A stretch of DNA of 63,236 nucleotides, the filler included. It is 12 parts of 12 records of this genome, joined end to end, with 100 filler letters (N's around TTAATTAATTAA, not from the genome) between each part and the next. Parts side by side here need not be neighbours in the genome. Positions count along the whole stretch, not along the records: positions 52,871 to 58,451 come from SRR7504441_10689; positions 58,552 to 63,236 come from SRR7504441_10696; 10 more parts are not named here. One strand, written 5' to 3'. The notes under the pieces were generated by a model. That model worked only from the letters and a program-made list of their open reading frames with translations, was not told the DNA's origin and did no database searches. Shown in pieces: positions 54,199 through 63,236 of the stretch (its first letter is position 1; each line of letters starts with the position of its first letter). Made by a program: the position numbers and the translations under genes.

Positions 54199-55548
54199 AT
54201 GGCACCCCGGACCCGAAGGAGCGCCGAGCCGGCCGCGGGCGGGGAGGCCCGGTGGGCAGACCTGCCGGCCGCGCTGATGGTGTCCGTGCTGGACCGAACC
54301 CCTCCGCTCGGTTCGGGCCTGCTCGCCCGGGCCTCCCGCGCCTGGTCGGCCGCCCACCACCGCCGGACCATCCTGCGGCTGTCGGGCCCCGGCGTCCCGG
54401 ACCAGCTCGGCCGGCAGCACCCGGAGCTGCGGGCCCTCGAGCTGGTGGCCGTCCCCCTTGGCCCGTCCCAACTAACCCGGCTCATCCAATCAGCGCCCGG
54501 CCGGCTCCGCAGCCTGGGGATGATCCGCACCGTGGCGCCGTCGGGGATGGACTGGCCAGCCCGACTGACCGAGCTGACGCTGTGCGCGGTGGACGGGCTG
54601 AGCGACGGGAAACTGGCTCAATTGCTCGGCCGGCTCGTACGGCTCACAACCGTCTGTCTGGCCTCCACCCGGTGCGCCGACCAAGGCTGCGAGGCGTTGG
54701 CCCGGCTGCGGCTGTGTAGCCTGGATCTGTCGGCCACCCGGGTGACTGACGCGGGCCTGGCGCGGCTGTCGGAGGGAAGCGCCGGTCAGACGCTCAGGAG
54801 GTTGTGCGCCGGCGGCTCCAAGGTCCGGCTGGCCGTGCCGCTCTCACTGCCGGCCCTCGAGGAGCTTGACTTGGGCGACCGAGGGCCGCTGCCCGACAAG
54901 GACATCTGGGCGGCTCCATCACTGCTGGTGGCCTTCCCGACTAGTTGCCCTCGATTAATCCGGCTTCGGCTGGGCGGGGCGCGGGTGCGGGACAGCTCCG
55001 GGCTGGCCGGGCTGTGCAGGCTGGAGCAGTTGTCGCTGGCCAACAGCCTTGCCGACCAAGCCTGGATCCGGCTGGGCTCTGGGCTGACGGAACTCAATCT
55101 AACTGGGACCGTGTTTGAGGCAGCTGAGTTGCTCGGGCCGGCGGCCCCCGGGCTGGCCGTGCTGCTTTTGGCCAACTGCCGCAGACTGGCGGGCGACGCC
55201 GTGAGCCGCCTGTTTGGGGACGGCGCGAGCTTTGGCCGGCTGCACACGCTGAGCTTGTACGGTACAGCCGTTGGCGAAGAGGGCAGCGAAGGCTGGTGGG
55301 CGGCGCCTGAATCGCTGAGGAGGCTGGATCTTGGGAGCACCCGAGTGGGCGACAGCTGCTGCGAGGCGCTGGATGGGTCGCGACTGGCGGCGCTTAATCT
55401 GGGCGGCACTCAGGTGACTGGGCACGGAGTGCAACGGCTGGGGCTGAGACTCGAGTGTGTGCTCAACTTGTTTGACTCACGCCCGATGCTGGCGAGCTTG
55501 TTTAAGCCCCGCGCTGCACCGGGAGAGCTGTTGCACGAATTCCGGTAA
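54199..55548 (+). CDS. F-box-like + leucine-rich-repeat protein, intronless
   Basis: WADLPAALMVSVL F-box start; LRRs LDLSATRVTDAGL, LNLTGT, LSLYGTAV, LDLGSTRVGD and LNLGGTQVT. Confidence 0.85.
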   Translation: MAPRTRRSAEPAAGGEARWADLPAALMVSVLDRTPPLGSGLLARASRAWSAAHHRRTILRLSGPGVPDQLGRQHPELRALELVAVPLGPSQLTRLIQSAPGRLRSLGMIRTVAPSGMDWPARLTELTLCAVDGLSDGKLAQLLGRLVRLTTVCLASTRCADQGCEALARLRLCSLDLSATRVTDAGLARLSEGSAGQTLRRLCAGGSKVRLAVPLSLPALEELDLGDRGPLPDKDIWAAPSLLVAFPTSCPRLIRLRLGGARVRDSSGLAGLCRLEQLSLANSLADQAWIRLGSGLTELNLTGTVFEAAELLGPAAPGLAVLLLANCRRLAGDAVSRLFGDGASFGRLHTLSLYGTAVGEEGSEGWWAAPESLRRLDLGSTRVGDSCCEALDGSRLAALNLGGTQVTGHGVQRLGLRLECVLNLFDSRPMLASLFKPRAAPGELLHEFR

Positions 55549-55759
55549 GGGCTTGTCAGTTCAATGACAAGGCTTTGCTTGGGCCGTTCACGAGTGTGGT
55601 ATAGAGCGGCAATCGTTGCGTAATTGACGCTTATCGTATTGTACGGTACTCGTATGTTTGTATAAATCACTATCCACCGGTAATAACGACGCTTCATTTG
55701 GCGGCCGAGACTAAAGCCCCGATCAGTAGGCCGAGACACTCGAGCCCTCTAACGGCAGC

Positions 55760-56470
55760 TCAATAAGTCGAGCCGTCCCTCTTCTTGAACATGATCGAGC
55801 CAGTCGGCATAGAGCTGCCGGGATTGGCTGGAATGAACACCTTGGGCTCGACCGGCGGACCGCTGCTCTGCGGCCGGCTCTTATCTGGGAAGTCAGACAT
55901 CGGGATCGCTTGCGGGAACTTGGAGAACGTGCCAGAGAACGCGGTGAGCTTCTTGCCCGGAGAGCTCGGAATGAATCCCGGCTTGCCCTCGAGTGACATA
56001 TCGCGCGCCGGGCCGTGCTCCTGGTGCCCTCCGCGCAAATGCTCGGGATCAGTGTAAACAGTCTTGTCGAATGTGTCCTTGGCGTGCGACATGGTATTGA
56101 ACGGCTTGCCGCCTGCCACTCAACTCAGCGGCGAGCCACGCCCGAGCGCACCGGTGAAGCTATCAGTGAGCGCCCGGCCGGCCTTGCGGTCGGCCAGTTC
56201 GAGCTCGCGGGCCCTGTCGTACGGCTCGGGCATGTACGTGTACTCTGTTCCCTTGCTGAGCGTGGTGCTGCCCACACAGTCAGTGCCAGCCGGAGTGGTG
56301 CTCCGACCCTGGCACGCCGTAGCTTCCCTTCTTGGTAGTGCTGCATAGAATGTTAGAGCGGGGCATCGGTGGGATGTCGTTCTTAGTCCGGATCTGGAAG
56401 TTGTGCCAGCCAGGCATCCATTCCGGGTACTTGCTAAAATTCCCATTGCAGTCGCCCAGCCCAGTCCCTA
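55760..56470 (-). CDS. CFAP96: CFAP96/C4orf47 (UPF0602)-like flagellar protein; 5' end unresolved
   Basis: Spliced GLGDCNGNFSKYPEW...NILCSTTKKGSYGVPGTTL..EYTYMPEPYD, GGKPF, FIPSSPGKK..GTFSKFP and F.P..P.SSMPTGSI. Confidence 0.7.
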
Positions 56471-57066
56471 GCTAGAGCATGAAGCCGGTCTTGGGTTGCG
56501 GGGCATGCCTGGAGAGCTTTAATTGATCCCAGCAAAACCTCCTAGCAATATAACTATCCCAAGGGAGAGGAGGGTGGGACAAAAGATGAAGCGCGGCTGT
56601 GCCGCGACGCGTGGCTCTACGAGTTCCGGCGACTGACCCGACAATAATACTATAATACTCGAATACTCTTTAATAGTAGTGCAGCAGCAGGCTGCTGCAA
56701 GCCTACATGTAGTTCAACGGACGACACGTGCTGTACGGTAAAACCGTGAATTCAAAGCAGACACTGTTCAAAGGAATCCGAGGAATCATCCAATCGATTG
56801 GTTATCGATTGGTCATCGCATGTCATCGCACCCGTAACGTGCGTAAGAGTGATAAAACCACGCTTACCACGGGCATCGCTTTATCTTTAGTGCTTGAGCT
56901 CTCTCGTGACTCGTGAGATGGGCTCGAGGTACAATACTGGTAGAGCAGCTAGCGCTAGATCTACTGTAGAGGTACGCTCGACCGGAAGCTATAGGAGCAA
57001 CCGGTCGCCAAGCAATCAATGGAATGCGGCAAAGGAAGGTCATCTCAAGGATGCAGTTCAAGTGGT

Positions 57067-58269
57067 TCAGAAGGTGGGGCATTTCTTGGCGCATTCCTCA
57101 GGAGTGCCGGGCAGCTCGAAGATCGAATCGTCTTGCGGTGCCACGTCAAAGTTACCCCACTGCCAGGTCACACCTGTAGGCCCGTCCTGGAATACAATAT
57201 CGTGCCCCCAGTTCTTGTACCGAGTGTCGTTGTGCCCAACGGTCCAGTATTGAAAGTTCAACGGGCCCTCCCAGTGGTCGCAGCTCACCTTGTTCCCATA
57301 AAAGTCTTCAGCCATCACGTTTCGCTCCTTCAGCTTGAACTGGTGCAGGAACTGCAGTGGCACCGCGCTCACGTTGCCCGAGTTGAACTGACAGCAGTTG
57401 ACGTGCCCGGGCTGGTGCAGGTAGATCCCTTCTTTTTGGAAGTACAGCTTGCACGGCTGCTTGTAGTGCAGCAGATTCACGAACGGGAAGCAGTAGCTCT
57501 GGTAGTCGACTAGTTGCTTCTTATTTGCCGGGTCGTCGTCCTTGAGGACCTTGTAGTAGAACATCGACGTGGCGTTGTGGATCGGCGGGATGGTGGCGTG
57601 CAGACCGAACGGGGCAGAAAACTGCTCGGGCCACACTGGGCATTCGTCGCTTCCCAGGCATCCAGGTGTGAAGTTAGTTGCACCGTCCCCGATAATGTGG
57701 CCAGAGGCGCAGCTCGACGCCTGCACATAGTCGGCGTGTATCGCTCGGGCCGCCGGGCTCGGCTCTCGGCCGAGCCGTTGCTCGTCGGGCAGGAGCGGCA
57801 GGTGAGTGGCCAACCGAACCAGCTCTCGGGCCGCCTCGTCCAGGTGGTGAACGAACAGCATCACCGCGTCATGGCACCGGGCCGCGGTCGCCATCTGAGC
57901 CAGCCCCGGCTCGGCTCGCAGGTGGGCCTCCAGCCCTGGAGAGCCCAGCTCGAAAGCGTGGTCCGGGCGCGAAAGCTGGCGTTTGTCCCCACGGTCGAGG
58001 TAGAGTGACTGGAGGGCCGGGTCGCGGGTGGCCAGGAGAAGCTGCAGCAGCTCGCGCAGCTCGGCACCGGAGAACAAGCTGCAGGGCCGGGTCTTGACCC
58101 CGAGTGCGGTAAGCTGCAAATTGAGCCTCTGGACCATCAAGCTGAAACTGCGGGCTGCCAGGGCCGGGCGGGGGGAAACTCGGGTGGCCCGAGAGAGGTC
58201 GGCTGTGGAGAGCTCTGCCTGGGCCAGAGGAGCGAGAGAAAGGAGCAGCACTAGAGCAACCAGCTTCAT
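57067..58269 (-). CDS. Secreted ependymin-related (EPDR/LolA-fold-like) protein with an extra N-terminal helical domain, intronless
   Basis: Signal peptide; N-domain RCHDAVMLFVHHL...LPLLP; C-domain PVWPEQF, FYY, C..C..CC, CDHW and DDSIFELP...CAKKC. Confidence 0.65.
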   Translation of the reverse strand: MKLVALVLLLSLAPLAQAELSTADLSRATRVSPRPALAARSFSLMVQRLNLQLTALGVKTRPCSLFSGAELRELLQLLLATRDPALQSLYLDRGDKRQLSRPDHAFELGSPGLEAHLRAEPGLAQMATAARCHDAVMLFVHHLDEAARELVRLATHLPLLPDEQRLGREPSPAARAIHADYVQASSCASGHIIGDGATNFTPGCLGSDECPVWPEQFSAPFGLHATIPPIHNATSMFYYKVLKDDDPANKKQLVDYQSYCFPFVNLLHYKQPCKLYFQKEGIYLHQPGHVNCCQFNSGNVSAVPLQFLHQFKLKERNVMAEDFYGNKVSCDHWEGPLNFQYWTVGHNDTRYKNWGHDIVFQDGPTGVTWQWGNFDVAPQDDSIFELPGTPEECAKKCPTF

Positions 58270-58306
58270 GTCTGGGTGGTCAAGTACGTACCTGGACATT
58301 CTACAC

Positions 58307-58312
58307 CCGTTG
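58307..58312 (-). promoter_or_regulatory. YAACGG (Myb-type) motif
   Basis: CAACGG on the minus strand, ~38 bp upstream of ATG 58269. Confidence 0.5.
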
Positions 58313-58551
58313 ACCTCGGCGGTTGCCAAGACTGTGCCTGTTACTGTACCGCAGGCTTTTTAACTGATAAAGAAGGTGAGTTAACACTACGTAATGCTAT
58401 CATAATATTGATCGATTAATTGCATCGAACGTCACACAAACACAACCTTGTNNNNNNNNNNNNNNNNNNNNNNNNNNNNNNNNNNNNNNNNNNNNTTAAT
58501 TAATTAANNNNNNNNNNNNNNNNNNNNNNNNNNNNNNNNNNNNNNNNNNNN

Positions 58552-59191
58552 AGTCTGTGTTACCCCACTGGTCCTGACCGCTTTGGTGAATAGCGGGAAT
58601 TGGGATCAGAGATCCGCAGGTGTACGCCGGGGCCACAGCGCACTTTTTCGGTGTTGTTTGCCAGGACGAGGCACACGCCGGATTCGCCGTGATCGCACCG
58701 GACACAGGGAAGACCTTAAGTGTGTCTGCCAGAAAAGCAACCGCCGCCGGCATGAGCACGTTGTTGATGAAGGTCTGCTTTTCGGCCGAGATCGCCTCCT
58801 GACTCACGGGGTAGTGGGCCAGCCGGAACGCCTGGTACTCACTCTCCGAAGCTGAGTTGGACTGGACCGTGCGGCGCTTCTTGGGTCTGGCTGGATGGCC
58901 GGCCGGGAGGGCCTCGTGACCTTGGAAGGGATGCCCCTGGGGGCCGTAGTCCAGGCTCGAGGGCCGCGTCTTCTCCACCACCACTGGGCTGTACTCCCAC
59001 CGCGGCCTGGAAGCGGCTCGCGGAAGCTCGTCCAGCCCCGTGCTAGCCGAATCCTTGCCGGCCAGCAGCCATCCGAGCCCAGCGGCGATGGCAAAGCCGG
59101 CCGCTAGGTACACGGCCCAGTTCGAGCGCCGGCACCTCGGGGGTGGAGGACTCGTCGCTGTGGCTGGCCCGGCCTCGGAGACCGTCTCCAT
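58552..59191 (-). CDS. Leishmanolysin/GP63 (peptidase M8)-like protein, N-terminal part with a signal anchor (3'-partial)
   Basis: TM WAVYLAAGFAIAAGLGWLLAG; FINNVLMPAAVAFLADTLKVFPVSG...C...C....CG..IPIPAIH, typical of M8 N-domains. HExxH lies beyond the contig end. Confidence 0.65.
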
Positions 59192-59461
59192 GAGTTTGGT
59201 GCCTTGAACCCAAGCACCTGTGCTTGGTTTCCTCAATCAATGCCGCCGCGCCAGCGATATAAAGCACAACGTGCAGCCAGGATTCAGCCATGTTTTTTTT
59301 TCAGACTGGCTAGAGTCTACCAGGTACGTGTACTAGGTACTGTACCTGGTACAGTACGAACTGTACTTGAATACGGTACAGCTGTAGTATCTTTATAGAA
59401 CGAAAGTGCAAAACAATCTAAGAACGACGGAACGATTCTATGCATCGTTAATGCATCGTAT

Positions 59462-62400
59462 TTATGTGAACCAAAACGGTGACCCTTTAAATTGAGCACA
59501 TGACAGATCATACTCCTTCGTGCTGAGTGTATTTTCGAGCCTCGCGACGTAGTCTCGCACAGTGGTTTGCCGGTCGGCTAGCATTGTGCTCGTCATGAAG
59601 TTCTCTCGGGCACCAATCGCCGTGGCAGCCTCCATGCACAAGAGCAGAATAGCTGTGCAGGGTAGAATATCACCGCCCCAAACATTATCATATGCCAGCC
59701 CCAGCAAGGCGAAGCTGTCCGGCCGCTGTGCAGGCTGCCACCCAATCTTAGGGCAGCCTCGTTAGGAGCTCACCTGCATCCTCTGCAGCTGTCGAGAGAT
59801 GAACTGCTTTGCAGTACACCGCACAGCCACCTGCCTAGGCTCAAGGCTCATCCACTGCACAGGCACCATGGCGCTCATGTGAGGCTGGGCAGCTCCACCA
59901 ATATAGGGCACCACCTGTCCGCGATGTCATGACATGCTGCTAGGCTGAGCAGCACCTGCGCTGTGGAGAACTCTGGTTTGCTCTGGAAGAACGCAAGCCC
60001 ATCGCTCGAGGGCACCTCCAGGAGCGTCACAGTGGAGACCACCCCAGGAGCCGACTCCATTGACAAGCTTCCCAGCTGGAGGTTCTTTTGACTATCGCTG
60101 TCTTCGCTGCTGAAGTTGTGAGCAAAAAGCTGCGGCGAGGTGTGATCAAATACTCGACGCCAACCGTGGACCTCTACAACTTGAAAACTTCGCAACTCAT
60201 TGAACACTTTTTCCACGTTCTGCTTAGCCAAGAAAGCACCATACCCTATCACAAACATGCTGTCTGGAGCCTTGCTGCTTGCCACGGGACCTGAAGCTTC
60301 TGCGTTTACAGCTTTCTCAGCAGCTACTTCGGTACTTTGAGCGCTGGATCTGGCACCCAGCTTTCCGAGGTCGAGTGAAGGCACCATCGGTACACGAGCT
60401 CTCTTTGGTGTGCTCTCGAGAACAATCTCCTGTGGTGCGGTACTCAGCTCCAGCTCAGCCCTCGCCTTCGCAACAGCAGCCGCTTTAGCTTCCTTTGCCG
60501 CCTCTGCTGCAGCAATCTCTGCATGCAAAGGAAGCGGCTTCGCTGCACGTTCAGTCTCTGTCTTGGCCTCAGTATCAGCTATTTCTCTGCATTCTCCTCG
60601 GGTTTCAGTAACCATTCTCGCGAATTCTGTTCTATCAATCACTCCATCTCTGTTACTGTCCCATTTATCAAATTGCTGATCAACATACGCGTTAGAATGA
60701 AGCATCTTGCGCTCCACAGGTGGCTGGACATTCAGCCTTGCTGCCGCTTCTGTCCTCGCTTTGGCTGCCGCAGAAGCGTTTGCCCTCGCTTCAGCATCCG
60801 CTCTGGCTCTTGCAACTGCCGCTGCCCGCGCCTGCGCTGCCCGCTCATCCCTTGCCCGATCCTCTACTTCGACCGTGGTCCCACTCGGCACCATCATTTT
60901 CTGCACTGCTGCACCATCCACTTGATGCAACTGAACAGGCTCTTTCTGCAAACCGAAAAGGTCTTCCATTGCAGTCGATCCAGCGGGGCTTGGCCCCCCT
61001 TCAAGTCTACGGCGCAGCCCACCGACCAGCTGATCCTTAGCCTGCAGCGCCTTCTCCATCTCCACCAACCGGTTCTGCAGCATTAACACACTCTCATCAT
61101 CCCGCAGATTGGTCAACTCATCTTCTTTGTCTTGTAGCCTCGCTTCCAGCTCAGCTACAACTCCTTGCCAATTTCTCTCGCCGATTGGACTCTGTGAAGG
61201 CGTCGTTTGTTGCCTCTTACGCTGAGGTGACGCACGTGTCTCCCCCACAATTTGGTGTAACCGCACCAGCTCCTTTTGCAACCGCTCAACTTCTTTATTT
61301 GATTCGTCGGTTAGCTTCTCTGGCGTATGTAAATTCGGCGTGCACAGCTTCTGCGACACACTGACTTGCTGCTTCTGTGCCGATTGATACGACACGGCCG
61401 TGCATTGCTGGTCCTGTTGCAGCTCACCTATAACCTGATGCAACCGAACAAGCTCTTTCTGCAAACGATCCACCTCTTTCCGGTCCGCCGCACTCGACCC
61501 AGCGGGGCTTGTTCCCTCTGCAAGCCTGCGGCGCAGCCCACTAATTAGCTGATCCTTGGTCTGCAATTCCTTCTCCGTCTCAACCAAACGGCGTTGCAGC
61601 ACTGACGCACCATCGCCGCCTGCTGCGATGCCATCCCGCTCTATGGAATCGTGCTGTGTCCTCTGGAGTGCTCCAATCTGTGCATCCCTATCCCGCAGTG
61701 TCCGCTTAAGCTCTACGACCTCATCCAGTGCGTTCTCCGCTACTTCAGCCCATGAGCCGATCCCCTCGCGGTCCTTGGTCCCGGTATCCCTGCAAAGCTG
61801 CCGTAGCTTCACCAGCTCCTTGCTTTTTACTTCGAGTTCCTGCTGCAGCTTGGCAAGCGCCACTGCCTGCTCCTTGTTCTTTGACTGCAACAAGACAGTA
61901 GCCTGGCCTGGCTGGGATCCTGCTCTATGTATAACTGCCTGTTGGCCAGAGTGTAAGTTCCTCACAGTCTCCTGCAAGGTCGTGACCTCCTGCCTTGATC
62001 GCGTCAGCTGCACCCTCAGTTCTGCAGCCTCAGTCTCGCAGCTTCGTGTCTGTGCACGCTCCTGCGGGCTGTGGGGCTCAGGTTTGAGCTTGAGGTCTAA
62101 CTTTGGCACTGGACCACCCTGTTTCCGGCTCAGCAGCTCTGGCGAATCTTCTAGTCCTGCCAGCTGTTCCTGAAGCGCCTGGATCTTCGCGTCTCTGATC
62201 CGCTGTGTCCGCCTGAGCTCTGCTACCTCCTCAAGAGCATTCTCCGCCACTTCAGTCAACGAATCTGTCTTATCCTCCTTGGATGCGGCCTTAGCCTCCC
62301 CAACCAGTTGATGTAACCTAACGACTTCCTTTTGCAGCCGCGCCAACTCAGCTGCTTGATCTGCGCTGCCAGCACCCGGCTGGTCCGGCCCAGGTTGCTT

Positions 62401-63236
62401 GCTGCCCTGCCTCAGAGCCTCAACCATCTGCATTGCCCGCTTCTTATCGGCGACAACAGTTGTCAGCTCTTGCCTTAGCCTGGTCACCTCCTGCTGCACC
62501 GCGTCAAGTTCGGAGCGCTGGTGCTCATCCTCACGATTGCTGCTTGAGGAACGGGCTTGCTTGGCCACAAGCAGTTCACGGTTCAGCCTTGCAACCTCCT
62601 CCTTGGCTGCCCGCCAGAGCTCCTTATAGCGCGCCGTCTCTGATGACATTGCGACAGCCAGCTCATTAGCATCCGGATCCTGCTTGAGCAATTCGCACTC
62701 GGCTGCAATCGCATCACGGTCCTGCTCAACAAGCAGTGCCCGGTCCCGCCACTCAGCAATTTTAAGCTCAAAAAGTGTTTGCTCCTCCCTCAGGATCTGG
62801 TTCTCCTCTGCGAGCTTGGCCTGTGGTCCATCTTCCTTGGCTCGCACGTCAGACTCGAGCTCCTTGACCTGTCCCTCCAGCCTCGAAATCGCTTCCAACC
62901 CTTGCGCTGTCTTGGTGGTCTCGCAGTCAAGCTTGGTTTGAACTGCCTGGGCAGCCTGCGCGGCGGCCTGCTCAACAGCATGCTCGAGTGCTGCAACTTG
63001 TTGCTCCATTTTAGCCTCTTTGGCATCAAGCGCTGCCTTAGCGCTCTCGGCATTGCGGCCAGCCAGCTCCAGCGATGCTCTGCTATCGGCCAGCTGCTGC
63101 TCCAGAGCATTCACCTGCCACCAGTTAAGCTAACACCAGCCGTCCATCGCACCTGCGCCTCGAGCTCCGCCTCTCTACCCTTTCTGGCTACATTCTCGTC
63201 TTCATCCGCTGCCTTCTTGGCTGCTGCTGCTGCTGT
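59462..63236 (-). CDS. Large coiled-coil protein with an EF-hand and a C-terminal GGCT-like-fold domain (5'-partial, multi-exon)
   Basis: 1079-aa exon with internally duplicated coil modules; EF-hand DSNRDGVIDRTEF; VIGYGAFL...GWRRVF.H...LGSLSME...DILPC...NF..ST.LADRQTTVRDY. Confidence 0.75.

Noticed and set aside
56470-56720. Apparently missing N-terminal half of CFAP96, suggesting a pseudogene
   Set aside because: I could not resolve the upstream exons by eye; an unrecognised GC-donor intron or a short isoform is equally plausible.
4825-58551. Eleven regularly recurring TTAATTAATTAA motifs within N runs, superficially an array or repeat system
   Set aside because: Each is an identical 100-nt synthetic linker with stops in all frames used to concatenate contigs. 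It is not biological, and cross-linker gene neighbourhoods were ignored.

Overview
This is eukaryotic nuclear DNA from an unidentified, probably flagellated protist, inferred from CFAP96-like and TSNAXIP1-like genes. It is 12 unrelated contigs joined by artificial 100-nt linkers (N44-TTAATTAATTAA-N44), so adjacency across linkers is meaningless. Genes are densely packed and often head-to-head, with about 70-220 bp between ATGs. Conserved genes (ANAPC7, MCMBP, VPS13, MRS2, NBS1, TRAPPC13, THOC6) are split by many 35-55 nt introns with degenerate GT donors and frequent GC donors. A second gene class is intronless. The main signals are: (1) a Myb-type YAACGG motif shortly upstream of most start codons; (2) a membrane-anchored GH45 cellulase fold lacking both catalytic Asp; (3) unusual fusions, namely gluconokinase-like kinase + 2H phosphoesterase, SH3b-UIM-UFSP protease, pseudo-Rho + Arf-like GTPase, and beta-trefoil/coiled-coil/EF-hand; (4) an intronless SGNH gene between ~180-bp direct repeats; (5) a bacterial-type GH99-like gene; and (6) a decayed transposase remnant. 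No rRNA, tRNA or CRISPR array was recognised. All family calls are by-eye motif recognition and all exon structures are manual; no database searches were run.
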